Assembly: GCA_964021785.1 (NCBI GenBank)
Contig: CAXIAX010000006.1
Span: forward strand, 1 to 53,830
Length of the DNA stretch: 53,830 bases
Source of the DNA: an uncultured Flavobacteriales bacterium
GTDB lineage: Bacteria > Bacteroidota > Bacteroidia > Flavobacteriales_D > CAJJDF01
Reading direction: 5' to 3'
Within the stretch, counting starts at the first letter, position 1. Each line of letters starts with the position of its first letter. The position numbers and the translations under genes were made by a program. The notes under the pieces were generated by a model. It was given only the letters and a program-made list of their open reading frames with translations, was not told the DNA's origin and made no database searches. Shown here piece by piece: positions 50,335 to 53,830 of this stretch.

Positions 50335-50541
50335 TTAATTCAAAATGAAATCAATTTTTCCAATCATTTTAGTATTTCTAACACTCAACACTTTGGAAAA
50401 AGCCAAGATATTAGAAATAGTGGAGTCACTTACCTTGTCGAAAAAAGAATTAGAATCTTGCATATCTACTAAGAATTGTGAAAGCTCTTTTTCATTTTTA
50501 TAAAATTGTGATAAGTCGTTTAGAGTAATTTTTTTATTCAT
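50335..50541 (-). CDS. Small conserved hypothetical protein (68 aa)
   Basis: C-terminus STISNILAFSKVLSV..ILN resembles a small Bacteroidota family; followed by a terminator. Confidence 0.68.
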   Translation of the reverse strand: MNKKITLNDLSQFYKNEKELSQFLVDMQDSNSFFDKVSDSTISNILAFSKVLSVRNTKMIGKIDFILN

Positions 50542-50611
50542 ATAATATATTTGGTTATACCTCTATAACGAGGGTGTTTTTGGTTTATTATGTAATATTG
50601 TTTTTTTATTG

Positions 50612-50644
50612 ATTAAACCTTTTGCAATTACAATGGTCTAAGAA
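50612..50644 (+). promoter_or_regulatory. ECF-type promoter upstream of the sigma gene
   Basis: TAAACC-N16-GTCTA; near-identical copy at 51226. Confidence 0.72.
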
Positions 50645-50677
50645 TTGTAATACCGTAAAAAAAAGAAAACCAAATTC

Positions 50678-51211
50678 ATGCAGATCGAAGATGCACACAT
50701 ACTAAAACTGTTTCAAACGGACGAACAAAAAGCATTTAGCAGCTTGGTAATGAAATACCAAGAGCGTGTATACTGGCATGTAAGAAAAATGGTAGTGAAC
50801 CACGAAGATGCCAATGACATTACACAAAACATCTTTATAAAAGTATGGAAAGCTCTTTCTAAATTTAAAAAAGAATCGAACTTATATACCTGGATATATA
50901 GAATTGCGACCAATGAAACTTTAAACTTTATAAAAGCCAATAAAAATAAGATTGCTCAATCACTTGAAAACATACAAATAGAAAACAAAAAGGATGATTC
51001 TTATTTCTCTGGAGATGAAATTGAAGCAAAACTTCATCAAGCATTGGCTACACTACCAGAAAAACAAAAATTGGTATTTAACATGAAGTATTTTGATGAT
51101 TTGAAATATACAGAGATTGCCGAAATATTAGGAGGTTCTGTTGGTTCATTAAAAGCTTCATACCATCACGCTCAGAAAAAAATTGAGATGTTTTTATCTA
51201 AAAATGATTAA
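50678..51211 (+). CDS. ECF RNA polymerase sigma factor
   Basis: DANDITQNIF, TWIYRIATNE (region 2); LPEKQKLVF..EIAEILG.SVGSLKASYH (region 4). Confidence 0.93.
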   Translation: MQIEDAHILKLFQTDEQKAFSSLVMKYQERVYWHVRKMVVNHEDANDITQNIFIKVWKALSKFKKESNLYTWIYRIATNETLNFIKANKNKIAQSLENIQIENKKDDSYFSGDEIEAKLHQALATLPEKQKLVFNMKYFDDLKYTEIAEILGGSVGSLKASYHHAQKKIEMFLSKND

Positions 51212-51225
51212 AAAAATAAATCTCA

Positions 51226-51258
51226 ATTAAACCTTTTGCAAAATTACTTGTCAAAGAA
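51226..51258 (+). promoter_or_regulatory. Second ECF-type promoter, upstream of the anti-sigma-like gene
   Basis: TAAACC-N16-GTCAA. Confidence 0.72.
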
Positions 51259-51347
51259 GCAAACAAACCCAAATTGCGGAAACAAAAATGGAACAAGTAA
51301 CCTTATAAAACAAAAACAGTGACAAACCACTAACTCATTACTTACAA

Positions 51348-51755
51348 ATGGACAACAAGACAACACATAACAACAATGAATCTCCAAGCTTGGAAAAATT
51401 AAAATCGCAAAATGGTTTTGAAACTCCAACAGGTTATTTCGAATCACTTCATGACTCTATACTGAGTGAAGTGAGTAACGACAACAACCAAAAAGAGACC
51501 AAAGTAAGAAAGCTTTCATTTTACAAAACATTTGGCTATGCTGCTTCTATCATAGTTCTTGTGAGTGTTTCCTCTTTGCTTTTCTTCGGTAGCGCAGAAC
51601 CAACAATTGAAGATTATGAATACGAAAGCATTGTCCTTAACTATGAAGAAATCTCTGTAGACGACTACATGGATGAATTCTCAGAAGTAGACTTAGAATT
51701 GGATGATAATTTACTATTTGACGAAATAGCAATGAACACCAGTTTTGAAGAATAA
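51348..51755 (+). CDS. Putative anti-sigma factor (single TM)
   Basis: GFETPTGYFE motif, YAASII TM segment, acidic C-terminus; directly after the ECF sigma. Confidence 0.72.
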   Translation: MDNKTTHNNNESPSLEKLKSQNGFETPTGYFESLHDSILSEVSNDNNQKETKVRKLSFYKTFGYAASIIVLVSVSSLLFFGSAEPTIEDYEYESIVLNYEEISVDDYMDEFSEVDLELDDNLLFDEIAMNTSFEE

Positions 51756-51789
51756 AAAAGAAAAATTAATTATTAAAAACAACATTATT

Positions 51790-52275
51790 ATGAAAACGAT
51801 TAAAATCACATTACTAGCGATCTTCACTCTTGTAGGAGTAAGCGCAATGGCACAAAAAGAAACAAAACCAGCAGACAGACAAGCAAGAATTGATGCTTAC
51901 TTAACGGAACAATTGGCTCTTACAGAAACTGAACAAAAAGCTTTTTTACCTGTTTACAAACAATACAAAGCTGAATTATCAGCTTTAAGAAAGGCTTCTA
52001 AGGCAAGTAAGAAAAAAGGAAAGATAATGAGTGAATTAAGCGACCAAGAACTGGAAGAAGTAATTCAAGCCTCATTTGATGACAAACAAAAAATGCTTGA
52101 TACGAAGAAAAAGTACCACGAAAAATTCAAGAAAGTAATTTCTATAAAAAAAGTGGCTAAGCTTTACCATGTTGAAAAAAGAATGGGTAAACACACAAAA
52201 GGAAATAAAAAAGGAAAAGGTAACAAGGAGAAAAAATCTGGAGAAAGACCTGCAAAACCAACTTTGCAAAACTAA
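51790..52275 (+). CDS. Spy/CpxP-like periplasmic protein
   Basis: Signal peptide; LALTETEQKAF (LTxxQ-like), helical and basic; start set at MKTIK. Confidence 0.7.
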   Translation: MKTIKITLLAIFTLVGVSAMAQKETKPADRQARIDAYLTEQLALTETEQKAFLPVYKQYKAELSALRKASKASKKKGKIMSELSDQELEEVIQASFDDKQKMLDTKKKYHEKFKKVISIKKVAKLYHVEKRMGKHTKGNKKGKGNKEKKSGERPAKPTLQN

Positions 52276-52324
52276 AATAACCCCTACCGATTTCTCGGAA
52301 ATAAGATAAAATATAGGTTTATAT

Positions 52325-52369
52325 TAAAAATCCCGGCAGATAGATTAATTCTATCTGCTGGGATTTTTA
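52325..52369 (+). terminator. Intrinsic terminator of the ECF operon
   Basis: TAAAAATCCCGGCAGATAGA..TCTATCTGCTGGGATTTTTA hairpin. Confidence 0.85.
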
Positions 52370-52399
52370 CATTACAGAAAATTTAACTTAATTTTGATC

Positions 52400-53584
52400 A
52401 TGAAAAACAAAGAGATTTTTTTTAAGAATGTTGCCCAAACTTCTCCATTCCCTATTGGATTAGAAATTGAAAAAGCCGAAGGACTTTTTATCACAGATAC
52501 AAATGGAAAATCGTATTACGATATGGTGTCGGGATTGGCTGTAACTAATATTGGCCACAGACACCCAAAAGTGGTAGAGGCAATAAAAAATCAAGTAGAT
52601 TCGTATTTACACATCATACCTTATGGAGAATTTGTGCAAGCTCCGCAGACTGAGCTAGCCAAAAAACTAGATGCAATTTTACCCAAAAATTTAACCACAA
52701 GTTACTTTGTTAACTCGGGTGCCGAATCGGTAGAAGGAGCCTTAAAATTAGCTAAACGATATACTGGAAGACAAGAAATTATTGCTTGTCACAAATCCTA
52801 TCATGGAAGTACACATGGTGCGCTAAGCGTATCTGGTAATCCAATAAAACAAGATGCTTTTAAACCTTTATTGCCCAATGTGAATTTTATTCATTTTAAT
52901 AAAATGGAGGATTTATCATTGATAACGAATAAAACAGCCTGCGTAATTATTGAAACTGTGCAAGGTGATGCAGGTGTGAGAATTGCGTCTCAAGAGTATA
53001 TGACTGCATTAAGAAATAAATGCACAGAAACTGGAACGCTATTAATCTTAGATGAAATTCAGACAGGATTTGGAAGAACAGGAACTTTTTTCGCTTTTGA
53101 ACAATACAATATCTCTCCCGATATTTTGTGCATTGCCAAAGCTCTTGGAGGGGGAATGCCTATAGGTGCTTTTGTTTCTAGTAATGAAATAATGAGTGTT
53201 TTATCTCACGACCCAATACTAGGCCACATTACTACTTTTGGAGGACATCCTGTAAATTGTGCAGCAGCAGTTGCCAATATTCAAGTGATTGAAGAAGAAA
53301 ACCTGATTGAAGGAGTAAAAGAAAAAGGAGAATTGATGAATAAATTACTTTCTCATAAGATTGTGAAAGAGATTCGCCAAGCTGGATTAATGCTTGCCAT
53401 TGATCTAGAAAGTGATAAAATAACACAAAAAGTTGTGGAAGGATGCATGGAAAAAGGAGTAATTACTTTTTGGTTTTTGTCTTGTCCTGCTAGTTTTAGA
53501 TTGGCACCTCCTCTTACTATTACCAAAGAAGAAATAGAATTGGTTTGTGGAATTATTTTGGAGGTTTTTGATACAATTAAATAA
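52400..53584 (+). CDS. Class-III PLP aminotransferase (acetylornithine aminotransferase-like)
   Basis: NSGAESVEGALK, SYHGST, LILDEIQTGFGRTG, AKALGGG, TTFGGHP. Confidence 0.9.
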   Translation: MKNKEIFFKNVAQTSPFPIGLEIEKAEGLFITDTNGKSYYDMVSGLAVTNIGHRHPKVVEAIKNQVDSYLHIIPYGEFVQAPQTELAKKLDAILPKNLTTSYFVNSGAESVEGALKLAKRYTGRQEIIACHKSYHGSTHGALSVSGNPIKQDAFKPLLPNVNFIHFNKMEDLSLITNKTACVIIETVQGDAGVRIASQEYMTALRNKCTETGTLLILDEIQTGFGRTGTFFAFEQYNISPDILCIAKALGGGMPIGAFVSSNEIMSVLSHDPILGHITTFGGHPVNCAAAVANIQVIEEENLIEGVKEKGELMNKLLSHKIVKEIRQAGLMLAIDLESDKITQKVVEGCMEKGVITFWFLSCPASFRLAPPLTITKEEIELVCGIILEVFDTIK

Positions 53585-53585
53585 A

Positions 53586-53694
53586 TGTCATTCCAAACTT
53601 GATTTGGAATCTAGCATTTTACATAAAAACAATCTTTATCAATTTGCAATAATAACGTAGAACTTTAGATTCGAGCTCGGGGGCTGGAATGACA
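53586..53694. repeat. REP/MITE-like element with imperfect ~28-bp terminal inverted repeats
   Basis: TGTCATTCCAAACTTGATTTGGAATCTA ... TAGATTCGAGCTCGGGGGCTGGAATGACA; each arm is itself a hairpin. Confidence 0.72.
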
Positions 53695-53708
53695 GATGAA
53701 TATAAAAA

Positions 53709-53830
53709 CTACTTCCTTTTCAACAACTGAATAAACACCCTATTTTGTTCAAATTCTTGAATCAATTCCCAATCGGTATGCAATGCATCAACAATAGAAT
53801 CTGAGACATTGAAAGTATTGGAATATAAAA
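53709..53830 (-). CDS. 3' end of an unidentified gene (partial)
   Basis: Open frame LYSNTFNVSDSIVDALHTDWELIQEFEQNRVFIQLLKRK-stop running off the window edge. Confidence 0.55.
   Translation of the reverse strand, partial: LYSNTFNVSDSIVDALHTDWELIQEFEQNRVFIQLLKRK

Noticed and set aside
51288-51308. Mini-ORF MEQVTL between the sigma and anti-sigma genes
   Set aside because: Six codons, expected by chance; no attenuator structure
1734-53426. Many 60-140 aa ORFs antisense to or nested in long genes (e.g. 8722-9120, 13855-14199, 32568-32987)
   Set aside because: They are shadows of well-supported genes and show no recognisable motifs
1-53830. CRISPR array, prophage, IS or defence system
   Set aside because: No spaced repeat array, cas, integrase, transposase or phage genes; RecQ and DUF4268 look like ordinary chromosomal genes here

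Overview
AT-rich chromosomal window from a Bacteroidota bacterium, probably Flavobacteriales (judged from gldB, sprE, sprA, SusC/SusD, T9SS cargo and TAnnTTTG promoters). Much of it is core genome: gldB, sprE/porW, gatA, tatA, ruvA-sprA, tRNA-Phe(GAA), lnt, an MMPL transporter, gltX, a RecQ-family helicase, waaA, an ECF sigma module and a class-III aminotransferase. Three accessory modules cluster around tRNA-Phe. (i) A SusC-SusD-sodium:solute symporter-metallophosphoesterase locus with no CAZyme; its phosphoesterase has remodelled metal ligands and extra Cys residues. This is the best candidate for an undescribed system, possibly organoarsenical/arsenosugar scavenging (inference). (ii) A Rieske-FMN 'glutamate synthase-like' operon divergent from a Crp/Fnr regulator, with a DUF5996-like protein, a small beta-barrel and a stand-alone NnrE. 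(iii) A three-lipoprotein YHYH-MORN-SCO operon. Non-coding signals read directly from the sequence include a duplicated ECF-type promoter flanking the sigma gene, a 25-bp motif shared by two distant promoters, a REP/MITE-like inverted-repeat element and several terminators. No CRISPR array, integrase, transposase or rRNA was seen. All family calls come from motif recognition, not database searches.
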